DNA from: Lepidodermella squamata | Taxonomy: Eukaryota; Animalia; Gastrotricha | Reading direction: 5' to 3' | Length of the DNA stretch: 64,000 nt | NCBI GenBank assembly: GCA_047495785.1 | Contig: JBLDXI010000024.1 | Span: 1,550,001 to 1,614,000, forward strand | Shown here: piece after piece, positions 11,842-23,300 of the stretch | Layout: every line of letters starts with the position of its first letter | Position numbering within the stretch: the first letter of the stretch is position 1 | Position numbers and translations under genes: made by a program | The notes under the pieces: generated by a model | What the model was told of the DNA's origin: nothing | Seen by the model: the letters and a program-made list of their open reading frames with translations, nothing else | The model's database searches: none

Positions 11842-13573
11842 TTTTCGCCTAATTATTTGTCAACCTTATTTTGTAAAATGTCGAAACGTGAAATGGCAGA
11901 GGCTAAACACTGTCATTGCCAGCAGCCAGGGCCCCGTCAAGAAAATTCCGTAAAACCATGCCAGCGTACACGTGTTCGACCTTAGTTCTATAGCATATAT
12001 TTTTTTCTTCATCATACCACGGGGCTGCAACCCTGTGTATCGTGCTCATCACTTATTTGAAACAAGCCAATGAGACATGAAATATTATTTGTTTACAGCA
12101 GCTTTTCTAGGTAGCAGCATGAGGGAAACGACAAAAGCTGCAACTCACCACACAGTCACGACTGGGATAGTACCCTCAACTTCGTGTGGTTAGCAAAAAT
12201 TTGGCAATTTTCAGTTAATTGATGAGTTCAAATTGGTGTAAATGTTTTAGTCATAGGATGAAAGCTTGAAATTGCCGAAATTTTATTATGTGAAATAATT
12301 TGTGAGCTATAATGTCTCTTCTGCTGCGCATTACTTTTTCGATTTTTCTTGATACAAAAAACCTAAAATTGGTAACAAGATATGTTATTGAAGAATTGTT
12401 CAACAATTATCAGTGGCTTTCTGTAAAAGCGTGGTTTTGTCCAATCGGTGTCAGTGCTATTTATATCAGCGGCATAATGATTCATCAAGAATTTGCTCAA
12501 AATCCTTTTTTGTCATTTTTAATTAGTTCAAAATCATTGAAACGCTCCTGCTTGAAACATCCGCCGGAAATCATTGTTGGGGGGAAAAATTAAGATAGAA
12601 ATAACTTAAAAACAGGGTGAATTTGAAACCCAACTGTGATCCGTGACAAAAATTTATTCGCTTCTGTTTCCGGAAATCACCGATCGATGATCCAGTCAAA
12701 TTCGAAAAATAGCAAAATTGATAGCCATGATGCCGCTGATTTATTGGACATTTTCCTCCGCAAAAACATTAGGCGAAAAATAGTGAACAACATTTTACCG
12801 GTGTGTGTGTGTGTGTATTAGCGCCATAAAAAAACAAAAGCACTGAAACGGATCGGTAAACATAGGTAAATCCGCATGATCCGATATTCTTTCAGGGACT
12901 TTCAGCCCTCGTATTATCAGCCTCCACTCCGTCGTCTTCATCAAATAAAAGCAATAAAAACAGGATTTACCAGTCCGTGGAGTCAACAAAAAAACAAGCA
13001 ATATATTCGGTACAATATTCACTTAATCGCGTCTCTAATGAATTATCAACACCTTCGCGTATTTAAAGCAATTCTCGGGGATGTACGGTCTTTACTTCAG
13101 AAAAGTTGACTCTCCAGCGACATTCCTCGCATTTTTATTAAATCCTATGTTGTATGACCTCAGTGCTGCTGTATACTATATGCCGGATCTCATAGCACTT
13201 TTCAGCCCATTTCCGTCATTTCACGTCATTTTAAAAATATTTTGAACGCGGTGTAGACATAACATACTGAACTCTGAGTGATGCCTGCAAAACCGGACAG
13301 AGGCGAAGGTGGCGATTATAAATTCATTCATCAAAAAATATTCTGCGCATGTTCATCCTATATTATCCTACTATAAAAATGGTAGTAAAGTTTGATTGAT
13401 TGATGCGTTATTCATCAATGAGTCCTCACTTTAGAACGCACTTTCCTATCCTTAGGGAAAATAACGTGGGAATGTAATTATAGCTAGGGGCTAAAATGCA
13501 ATTCAGTTATCTCATATAACAATTACTTGTTTTTTTAGGGAATTTAGGCTAGAAATTTTACATTCAACTAAAA

Positions 13574-14011
13574 ATGAACATGGTATTAGTTGCCTCACTT
13601 GCAATAATTTTCGCTATTTTTTACGAGTCTTACGCTTCAGGTATTTGTAAAAAAAAACGATTATTAGCTTAACAATAATTTTTTCATCTTTCAGTTGTAA
13701 AAAGGCAATCGGGTGGCGCCGTTTTGTTACCTGGAGTCGATCGATTTTGCACGAAAACATGTGGCCTACGAGATGGCAACTCGTTCGGCGATTCTCAGCG
13801 GCAAATCGCTGAAGTTGGCTCTTCAGCCGGTACACACGGCCGGTTTTCAATAGTCTCTATGATTGACAGCAGCCGGCGTCGGCCGCAGACTAGATCGAAG
13901 AAGTTCCGAACCAACATTGAAAATATGAGCTATTTCGCTGCTAAACGAGCCGGCAATGCCGATCTAGCTGTTTTATGCCGATTGTGCAGGTCACATGGTT
14001 TCAGCGAATAG
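13574..14011 (+). CDS. Secreted prepropeptide P1 (two Cys modules)
   Basis: Exons 13574-13640 and 13695-14011: MNMVLVASLAIIFAIFYESYAS-VVKR-QSGGAVLLPGVDRFCTKTCGLR...KR-AGNADLAVLCRLCRSHGFSE*. Confidence 0.85.
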
Positions 14012-14527
14012 ATTTCTGATCTCGACATTAAAAAAAATAATAACAAATTGTTCTTAGTTTTTCCTTGATTAGCAGACGTTGGAAATACAATAAAATTGAA
14101 GCTGGTCTTCCTGCAAAATTTGATCGAAATTTTGCCATCGCTAGGGACAGTTCACACCTGGGAATAGGGATTAAGTGAAAAAAATAGATCTTTCATTTTC
14201 CTCAGGTATAAATGTAATCCTTAGGATTAGCTTCAAGTCAAAGACTTGAGATAATCCCGCGTCTCTATTAATCAATAATCTTTGGCTTCGAAAATTTTCT
14301 CGAATCTGGAAATAGAATGCGACTCAATTTAACAAATGTATCCTGAAATGTCCGCGACGCCATGTGTTTTTTTTACAATTAAAAACTGAGGTGTTAATTC
14401 CAGATGATTAAATAAAGCATCGCGACGAGTGGGTGAGATAGACATAGGCCTGCGTAATATATACGGGAAAAAGCTCCTGATTGACGAATTTCTCGATGAT
14501 TTGTCGGCTATTTCATCGGAAAAAGCT

Positions 14528-15004
14528 ATGAGGGAAACTTCAAAAATTTCCACACTTTTTATTCTTCTGATCCTTTGCTATGACTACCACGTTTCCTGCC
14601 AAGCTATAGGTAAACAATTTCCCTATATTTTGATATTTCAAGACTGTTTTCTTCCAGCTAAAAGAGACGATGATAAATTTTTGAGATTTTGTACTACAAC
14701 CTGCGGGCTCGCTGATAAGCGGCCGAAAACCACGCCACCACCTGCATCAGGCCGGCGTTTTATTATCGGCTCTCTAACTCGAAGCGGCGATTTCAACCGA
14801 GCTAAAAATTCGAAAACGAAAAACGACGACGCAAGTAACAAAAAATCGCGGCGGCGTATTTCAGGCTCTCGAACTGTTCGAAGTGTTGAGGACGATTATT
14901 TCGGAGCAGGCGATGGGCCCTTTGTTAAAATTGCAATCGTGAAACGAGCCGCCGGTGATCTGCCACGGCTTTGTAAAATTTGTTACTCGAGCGGATTCGA
15001 ATAA
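14528..15004 (+). CDS. Secreted prepropeptide P2
   Basis: Exons 14528-14609 and 14658-15004 (48-nt in-frame intron): signal...AKR-DDDKFLRFCTTTCGLADKR...KR-AAGDLPRLCKICYSSGFE*. Confidence 0.85.
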   Translation: MRETSKISTLFILLILCYDYHVSCQAIGKQFPYILIFQDCFLPAKRDDDKFLRFCTTTCGLADKRPKTTPPPASGRRFIIGSLTRSGDFNRAKNSKTKNDDASNKKSRRRISGSRTVRSVEDDYFGAGDGPFVKIAIVKRAAGDLPRLCKICYSSGFE

Positions 15005-15251
15005 CGATTAAATCAATATATATAAACTATGTATAAGCCGATACTAATTATTTAGAGGATAGAGACGATTCCTGGGAGATTTTTTCATCTTTGTTTAAAT
15101 AAAATGTACCTAGTTACCTATAGCGCTTTTAACTCACTGATTCCATCACTACGTAGCTCATGAAATTCTGAATGGAAATAAAAAAAATCCACTGAGAATT
15201 GATAGTAGGAGTTGATAGTGTTAAAAAAATTAACGTTTCGAAATCAGAATA

Positions 15252-15636
15252 ATGAAAAATTTTCACGTTCTCAGCTGCCTCTTGTTAGTCCTTGGACTAC
15301 TTTCCTCAGTTGCTGACTCATTCGGTAATTTAATTATTTTTTATAAAATATTTGAAGTTTTTTCCTGTTTGATTTGAAGACAAAGAGATAGTCGCGGGTT
15401 TCAAGAAATTTTGCGCGTCAACATGTGGAATGTTGAAAAGTGGCATCGACCCAAGCCGAAATTCGTTGATGCAGAACAGCCGCAAGCCGGGAGGTCGGTC
15501 TTCGCTTCACCGGCACATGGACAGCAGTTTGAGGCGCGGGAAAAATTCGATTAGCAACACCAAAGTCGACAAACGAGCTCCTGATTTGACGAAACTTTGC
15601 AAATTATGCGGGGCTTATGGCTTCTCCAGCTTATAG
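15252..15636 (+). CDS. Secreted prepropeptide P3
   Basis: Exons 15252-15324 and 15380-15636: MKNFHVLSCLLLVLGLLSSVADS-FDKEIVAGFKKFCASTCGMLK...KR-APDLTKLCKLCGAYGFSSL*. Confidence 0.85.
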
Positions 15637-16002
15637 AGCAGCCAAGATTTGATTAATTTTCGCTAAAGTGCAAGCTTTTTTCACCGTTAATTTCAATCAA
15701 TTTAATTCCTGATAGTAGAAGCAGGATATCTAAACTTGTATCTTGGACACTAGGTTGTTCAAAAAAGTGCGTCATTAGATAGCCTGGAGCATGAGTGTCA
15801 CAATTTTTTGTAAATTAAAAAATGAGCAATTTCGATGAAGGAACGCGAAGCTGTAAACACCTTTTATATACGTGAGAAGAAAATCGCCTACGGAGTCTGT
15901 GTTTTAATTAAAGTTGCAAGACATATAATTTCAATAAAAGCACACTTTCAGTGACTAAAACTCGAAATTTACTCGTCCTTTCGCCGCAGTTTTAGGCTTA
16001 AG

Positions 16003-16621
16003 ATGAGGTTTGATGTTTTGGCAGTTTCGATAATTGCCGCATTGATGCCGGAAATTACAATCGAGGCCCCGTCCCACCCAGCGAAAGCTCGAGATAGTAA
16101 GTATTTCTACATTTCGACTGCAAATTTTTAGAATTTTGGTAAATTTAGGCAATAAAGCCGTTTTTCATCAATTATTTTCGAATAACGGAACGTTGAGTCA
16201 AATGTCGCGCCGGCAATTGAAGCACACGGCGGCTCGGCTTTGCGATCTCTGCCGGGCGATGAATATATATGTCCCAATAACTGCCCCACAGCACCTCAAA
16301 TCAGGCTCCGAAGCATTCGGCCACAGTCACGGTCTGCCTGAATCGGCGCCTACTATGGCAACTGGCCGCGTGAGCCTCAGCGACCGGCGAACGAGGCGAT
16401 CCCTTCAAATGCCACGCATGAGTGTTGTTTCAATGATGGGCAGTGCGTTGAGGCGGAAAAACGAAAACGACCGCGATGATTTTTACCACCCTAACGCGGC
16501 TATTTCAGCCATGGCTAATCAACCGCTGCACGGTCCTTCAGTTGCGAAAAATGGCGGAACTGCGCCGAAAAGCCTCTCGGACATGTGCGCGACTTGCGAT
16601 GTCATAAAACGCAATTTATGA
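16003..16621 (+). CDS. Secreted prepropeptide P4 (divergent, two CxxC modules)
   Basis: Exons 16003-16096 and 16149-16621. Hydrophobic N-terminus, then RR-QLKHTAARLCDLCRAMN, internal RRTRR and RRK sites, and a C-terminal APKSLSDMCATCDVIKRNL*. Confidence 0.75.
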
Positions 16622-16793
16622 ACCAATTTTTATTTTCCAAACTGCAATCAGTATATATTTATTACGTGTCCGAAATACCCGTGGTAAAGATAATTAGTCA
16701 GGAAAATCAAAATTAGCTAAACAATATTATAAAAACGCAACTTCCATCCATTAAAATATTTCAATTTTTTCTTAAATTTTTAAGGTGGATTTT

Positions 16794-17369
16794 TCACTCT
16801 TTTGAATAGCAGAACTGGCGGTAAAAGTCGCAGAGTGAGGCGTCGTAGGTTCGTTGGCACTGAACGTTGATGCGGCGGCAGAAATCGACGTGACCGAATT
16901 TCGGCCTAATTGGGTCATTGCCCATTGCCTGCGCTGTGAGGCTGGCGGTTAATTGCTCGGCCGATGGACGAGCTTGATGCCGCCGCACTTTAGGCTTGAA
17001 CTGCTTGCCGATAGGCTCGACGACCCCGTCGCCCTGAACTGACATCGGGTTCGCATCTGCACTGTCAGCGCTTGGCTCTTTAAGACTCGGAACTATAAGG
17101 ATAAGAAAATTAAAATTAAAACTCAGCCTAATTAAATTTCAGTGGATTTCAGTGTTTTTCGAATTTGCTAATGATATAATCAGCATTCATCTAAAACCTA
17201 ATTCCAAGCTATATGGCAAAATTTTAAGGTTATTTCACACTTCAACGTCTTCAAAGTTACCTTTGTCTGAACCTTTCGGCTTGACGGGTGTATAGGCATA
17301 TGCGTTCATTACACACAAAACGAGAACGCAGGCTGAGAGGAGTTGAATGTGTCGATGAATGCCCAGCAT
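16794..17369 (-). CDS. Secreted prepropeptide P5 (C-terminal 4-Cys domain)
   Basis: Exons 17369-17261 and 17092-16794. Signal MLGIHRHIQLLSACVLVLCVMNAYA; ends DFCRRINVQCQRTYDASLCDFYRQFCYSKE*. Confidence 0.8.
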
Positions 17370-18622
17370 TGCTATTCACATGCAACTTCACTATAAAAAT
17401 GAAATATTTTTTCAGACAATAAATTCTAATATATTTCCTTCATAAGCGATTCGGTATGTGTCGCATTGAGCCACGCCAACCCTAAACTGATCAATATTTT
17501 ACGGCTCGACGAGCAATTAAAGCAAGCTATAAGAGAGGCTTTGACGTGGGGATGCGTTTGCTGAAAACTGATTGCTGAATTTCGTCAATTTTTTTTACTA
17601 TCGCACTATAATGAATTAAAAAGGGATGAATTAAAGCAGGAGGTGGTGTGCGTAAAATTTTATCGCGCCAGTCATCGCCGTTAGTTTTTGAAACAATCAA
17701 AGATAAAACGATGCTTATTGGAGGAAAGGCCGCTATAATTGTTCGTCACTAGAGACGCTGGACTAGATGCGGGCGTTTTGGTCCATTAAAATTGCCATTT
17801 ATAAGGTTTAATTGGACAACAAAGCTTTGCTCATTTAGCTAGAAAATGGGTCAAAATATGTCAAATCGTAATTACTATGATGCAGTCATGGCCTCGTTCT
17901 AAGAAAATAATTAATCTTGAATAAATCAATCAAAATGTCAAGATCCTTTGAGAATATTTTTTAGACTTAATCGCTATATTGTTTTTTATTGTGCACGGCG
18001 CTTGTGGGATAGAAATTCGAATGAAATTTTTATGTCGGTATGACGCAAATGGCTATCAGAATTGATTTGCTAAAGCGATGATGATTTGAAAACATGTTAG
18101 ACTATGTCACCGTGTTATAATGGATAACTAAATAATTTACAACAAATCCGGCGCGACTGCAATAAAACAACTTATTACGTATTAGCACCTCTCCTCGTGC
18201 GACGACTCGATAGTTAATTGACAAGGAATTTTGTTCTAATGCCTGATTTTGTCCTAAGATCGCAGAGCTAATTTATCCAGCTTTTGAGAAATCCATTTTT
18301 ATTAGGTTAATGAAGAGGCTTTTGATTTCCGATGTGAGAGTTGAGCATCCGGGCTGTAATTCTATTTTCTTATTATTTCGAGCCTAATATATGAGTGGCG
18401 AAAACGTGCCACCCACGAAAAAATGGTTGAAGTCTCTAATCTCAGTTCATTTCGCGGTTACAGCGGGAAATGTGGGCTGGTAATTTTCTATAAATTTCAC
18501 AACCTAATTAGCACCTCAAACAAAAGAGCATTCCTCTTTACTTTTTTTCCATTTTTAACTTGACATAAAAAATCAGATGAAGCATAATATAACAACGACG
18601 TCGGGTACTAGCAATCACGTGA

Positions 18623-19065
18623 TCAAGAGAATGATTTATTCCCGTTCTGGTAAAAGCAAAATCGCTTGAATGACTTGCACATCTTGTCGTAGCGTCCGAG
18701 CGTTGCGTAGACGCGGATGCAGTGGACGTTTATCCGCCGGCAGAAACCAGAATTGCCGTAATTGAACGCAATTTTCTGCGTCGCCGCCCCGCCGCCCATC
18801 TCTGCACTGTCTTCGTCATCGCCAAATTCGCTACTTGATGCGAAATTTTCGTGACCGTTATCGTTATGAAGATTAGCCGCGAAGACGCTTGGCGATTTTA
18901 CAGAATCTGTCCTGATTTCTATCAAATAAGCGAGACATTTTATGTCTGCGAAATTAGGACAATTTATTGGGACTTACCAGGCCGTTTGTTGTAGAGGGCT
19001 AACACTTGATTTTGTAATATCAAAGCTGATATTATTGAGAAAGCAATTAATTCCGAATTTTTCAT
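18623..19065 (-). CDS. Secreted prepropeptide P6 (paralogue of P5)
   Basis: Exons 19065-18978 and 18918-18623. Signal MKNSELIAFSIISALILQNQVLA; ends GFCRRINVHCIRVYATLGRYDKMCKSFKRFCFYQNGNKSFS*. Confidence 0.8.
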
Positions 19066-20313
19066 GATTCACCTATGTAAAATACGAATAAATGCAATTG
19101 CCAGCTATTTCATCGTAGCCTTTAATATACGATATAGACGTCGAGCCAGCCACCCCCTGTGCGTGGTGAGAGTATTGTTGTAGTTCGATATAATTGAAAT
19201 TTGCTTTTTTTATTAACACATGTTTAGTGCGCAAAACCTTGATGGTCACTGTGGGGCGCAAAAAAATACCTTTGGAACACGCGGTATAGCAATAAAATCG
19301 CGCAAAATCACGCGCTCGATTGTTTTGATGAACGCAGAGCTTAATTTCGAGGGAATTAGATTGCGCAAACAAACAATAATTAAATGGGTGGGAAGTGTTT
19401 TAAATTTTGCGCTCCGATTTTATACCTCGTGTAGTTGAAAAGAATCCGCGCTACCTTAATGACTAAATAAATGGCGCATCTGAGAGTTTTGTAATCAGTG
19501 GCGCGTGTCGTGCTTCGCACTTGAAAGTCTTGTATCAACAGTAAAGATACTATAATTCTTTTATTACATCGTTTCCTTTACGCCATTCAGCAGTGTGAGA
19601 GGATATACGATATATCATCACGAACTGCACGAACTGCAACAAATCGCAGGAAATTGTTCGAAATTTGGCACTAATGTTATTATTTACCAGACGTGGGGGC
19701 AATAGAAGGGGCAAAACAATGCGATTATCGACTGAATTTCCACGAAGGACCGTCATTTCCTTATTTAGAAGGCGAGGTAATAAATCCAGGATGCAAAAAA
19801 TGTCCTTAATGATTTTTTTTATGAGAACGATTACATCGTCAAGTTGATAATCGATAATATCGTAGGCAAAATAAATGAGATTATTATCAGGGCAGTGAGA
19901 AGCCTCTTTAAAATGCGAGGTCCAGTGCAAATTTATATGAATCATTCCCGAACTAAATGGCACTCGATTAGCCTAGTGAAAATGAGACACCCTATTGTTA
20001 ATTTTTGATGTGTCACCAATTAATCTCAATGGAAATCCATTTGAAGTAAAAAATTCAGTTTTATTGCTCCATTTTTGCAAGTGTTAAAGGGCGTGATAGA
20101 AGGCTAAAATTCAGCGGTAGGGAACATATTAGGAATGTTACAAAAACTCGTAAAAAGAAGGACATGGTATGTCGCTAGTAACAGATTTTTTCAACATGAC
20201 GGGAATGGTACAAAATGAAAAGAGGTTAATTTCACGTAAATCGGTAAAAATCTGGAAAAATGTCATTAAATTTGTTTATTTTCATTAAAACTGCATAGTA
20301 TATAGTGAGGCGC

Positions 20314-23300
20314 TTAATTGTCTAATTGACAAATGAGCGCCACGCCGCGATTTATCCAGTGTTGCTGCGGGCGGCCATCGATCGGCAGGTTCATGGCGAA
20401 TACGAATTGCGGCGTGTTTTTGCCCGATTTCGCCCGCCCACCAAAGGACGCGCGCGCCGTTGTTCGGTAGACCGGGCACACGTACGCTGCCATCGGCTTG
20501 AATTGCGCCACTTCACCGGGTTTCAGCCATATCTGAGAAAAATTAGCGGACAATAAATTATAAAAAAATGGCAGGGCTGATCAAGAGGTCTACTAACCAC
20601 TGGCATAGGATCGTACAGCACATTAGGCTCGCTTTCGACCAATATTTTTGACGCGCGAGACCAAGCTGCACCCTCGAGATACAGGCCGTCAATGTACGCT
20701 CCACTGGTCTGGAAAATTGCAGTTAAAAATTAGAAAAAAAACATTGAAAAAATGAAAAAAATGCATTTAGCACCATAGGACATTCCAAAAATGTCCCTTT
20801 CTGTTTTTCGACAGGTCTATTTCGGCTTATCGTTTCTATTTTTGAAATTTATCCCAATTTTCTCTCAATTGAAAATGATAAAATTCCCTAAAATGCCAAA
20901 AAAAATCATGGATCAGGGTGACACATTTCAAGAAAAATATAGGACCACCCTGCAATGTGAGGCATCTGCAGTGGTTTCAGAGGTACATAATTGCGTGAAT
21001 GGAAAATTAAAAAAAATTCCAAAATAAAATTTTGAAAATGTTTACCGCATCACGTTTTCGAATCATTTTCAAATTCGAAGATTACTGAATTTTTTGAAGA
21101 TCAATTTGTTGAAATGACTAAAAACGTCATAAGCCAGATTAGACAAAAAATTCAATTTTAAAATTTGAACTCCCAAAATTGAGGTCCCAGGACTAAATTT
21201 AACCTTTTAACCCTATTTTCGATTTTTTCCAATTTCGAAATATTTCCTTCCTTGATCGATGCTGATCGATCTTGATCTGGTACCCGAAAGTATGTAGACA
21301 TTTTTCAAATTCCGGCTTCCAAGACTTGTAATATTGGAAAAATCACTAATTTTTTAAATCGATATTTGGAATCAATATCGATACACGCAATAGTAAGATA
21401 TATCGGTTAGGAACAAATTGAGATTCGAAAGAGAACTAGAAATCTCTTATTTTAGAGGAAATTAGTGCTGGAAGCTTGAATTGAGCACCCTAAATCAGGT
21501 CCAATATGCCGAACCCGACAAATTATATTTTCATTGGAAAAATTTCGAAAATACTTACCGCTCTTCGATTGATATCAGCCTTATTTCCCATGAAATCGAA
21601 CTCGAAACCAACGTCCGATATCGATTGCTGATTGCGCCTCGCGTGATTCTGCCGAACAGCCGTTAGAAACGACTGAGTGAAGAAAAAGCTTGATATCCAG
21701 AAAACTTTCGGCATTCCCTCACTGATCCAAGTTTTGAAAAATTCAACCCGAGCAAGCAGATCAGTTACATAGCTACCCAGCGCCCGCATGGTCGGGTACG
21801 AATTTTTCAACCACGAAGATGGAACTCGACTCGTGAGAATCGCCTCTGAAACTTCCTCCAACTCGACTGACATGACAATTTTGCCTTGATAAGCCTTATT
21901 AAGCTCGGTTAGCGACTTCCGAATAACAGCGATAAGCTGGTTGTATCGCGTGATTTCTTGAATCAGAACGCCATTCAGCGCCTCCTCGTAACGAATCGGG
22001 TATTGCTGTTGAATTGCAGCGATTCGAAATTCGACCGGTATTTTTGACAGCATGTCAGAGGACGTTTTCATTGCCATTGCCACTTGCACTTTGTTGTCAT
22101 TATGTCGACCTGAAGCAGTGACAACTTCGCGCGGTAATGTGAGGAGGATGTCGGCGAAAATTTGGTTGATCTCGTTTTTCTGGCGCAGGACATTCGAGTT
22201 GTCGTGCAGGCCGAAGTAGTCGGGTGTTGCGAAGCGGGGTTGGGCTCGAATCGCCTCGACAAAGGCTGAGTGCTCTAATGATTCAGGAACTGGGCAGGTA
22301 CCGCTTTCGGTTAGATGGTACCCAGGGACTGAGAAAACTTCACTGCAGAAGTACTTGTGAAACAAATTTCCTAACAAACGCCGATCCCAATCGTCCGTCA
22401 CTCGATTTCCGTAGTAACAATTGCCTGAAAAAATATTATTTTAAATCAGAAATTCACGAGAAGCGGGAAAATTATTGAAAATCCCATTTTGCGGAGTAAT
22501 TGGAAATTTTTAATATAAAAATTAATATTCATCGCATCGATCCGAAATAAAAAATTTAAATTTAAATTAAAAAAAAAATCGCAATTTTAAGTAATTTTTC
22601 AATTTTTAAGAATTTTCCAAGGCACCACGATTAGCAATTTTCGGCTCATTTTCTGCATATTTTTCTACTTAGATGAGACGCAATGAATATAAAAAAATTA
22701 CAATGTGGCCGCTAATAACCGAAAGGGGTGAAATTTTTGTCGTTTTGAGATTTTGATCGCTTTTATTATGGGGATTTTGCGGGGTTTCCAGCCTTTTAAA
22801 AAGAATTGGAGCATACTCAAGGTTTGGAAAATGAAATTTTTGAAAAAAACGGCAAAGCTCAGAATTGTTATTATTTTAAGGTCACACTTTACGAATTTTT
22901 GAATTTTTGTGGGAAATTCGATAAAATTCGAAAAATTCACGGTGAATTCGGTCATATATTCTTCAATTCCGACTATTTTTCTACCAATTTTCACTCACTT
23001 TGCAAATAAATATTTAGCTGAAAAAATATAGGACTTACTGATTAAGTAGGTCAAAGCTTCAATTGGTGGATTATCCGGAAATTCGTTAATAAAACTTTGC
23101 AGTTGATTGACAGAAATTCGCAGATCCGAATCGTTGAAATCATAGCGCACATTCCACCCGATCGGGCCGAATTTCCGCCTGATTTGAATGACAGCATGAA
23201 AGAAAACCAGGCCATAGAGCAGGCGTTTAAACACCTCAGGCCGGCGGCTCGACTCGAAAACCGCCTCATCCGACACAACCGGGTTGGCTACGTACGACTT

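Noticed and set aside
12800-12816. (GT)n microsatellite, and the short CCGGGTTTT tandem near 7047-7080
   Set aside because: These are ordinary simple repeats.
13574-15636. Calling P1-P3 insulin/relaxin-like peptides
   Set aside because: They have only four Cys, with no CCxxxC A-chain or CG-x11-C B-chain spacing. The resemblance is architectural only.
19550-19963. 137-aa minus-strand ORF and other short ORFs at 12.3-13.1, 19.1-19.9 and 59.2-60.2 kb
   Set aside because: No signal peptide, Cys pattern or splice support. They look like random AT-rich ORFs.
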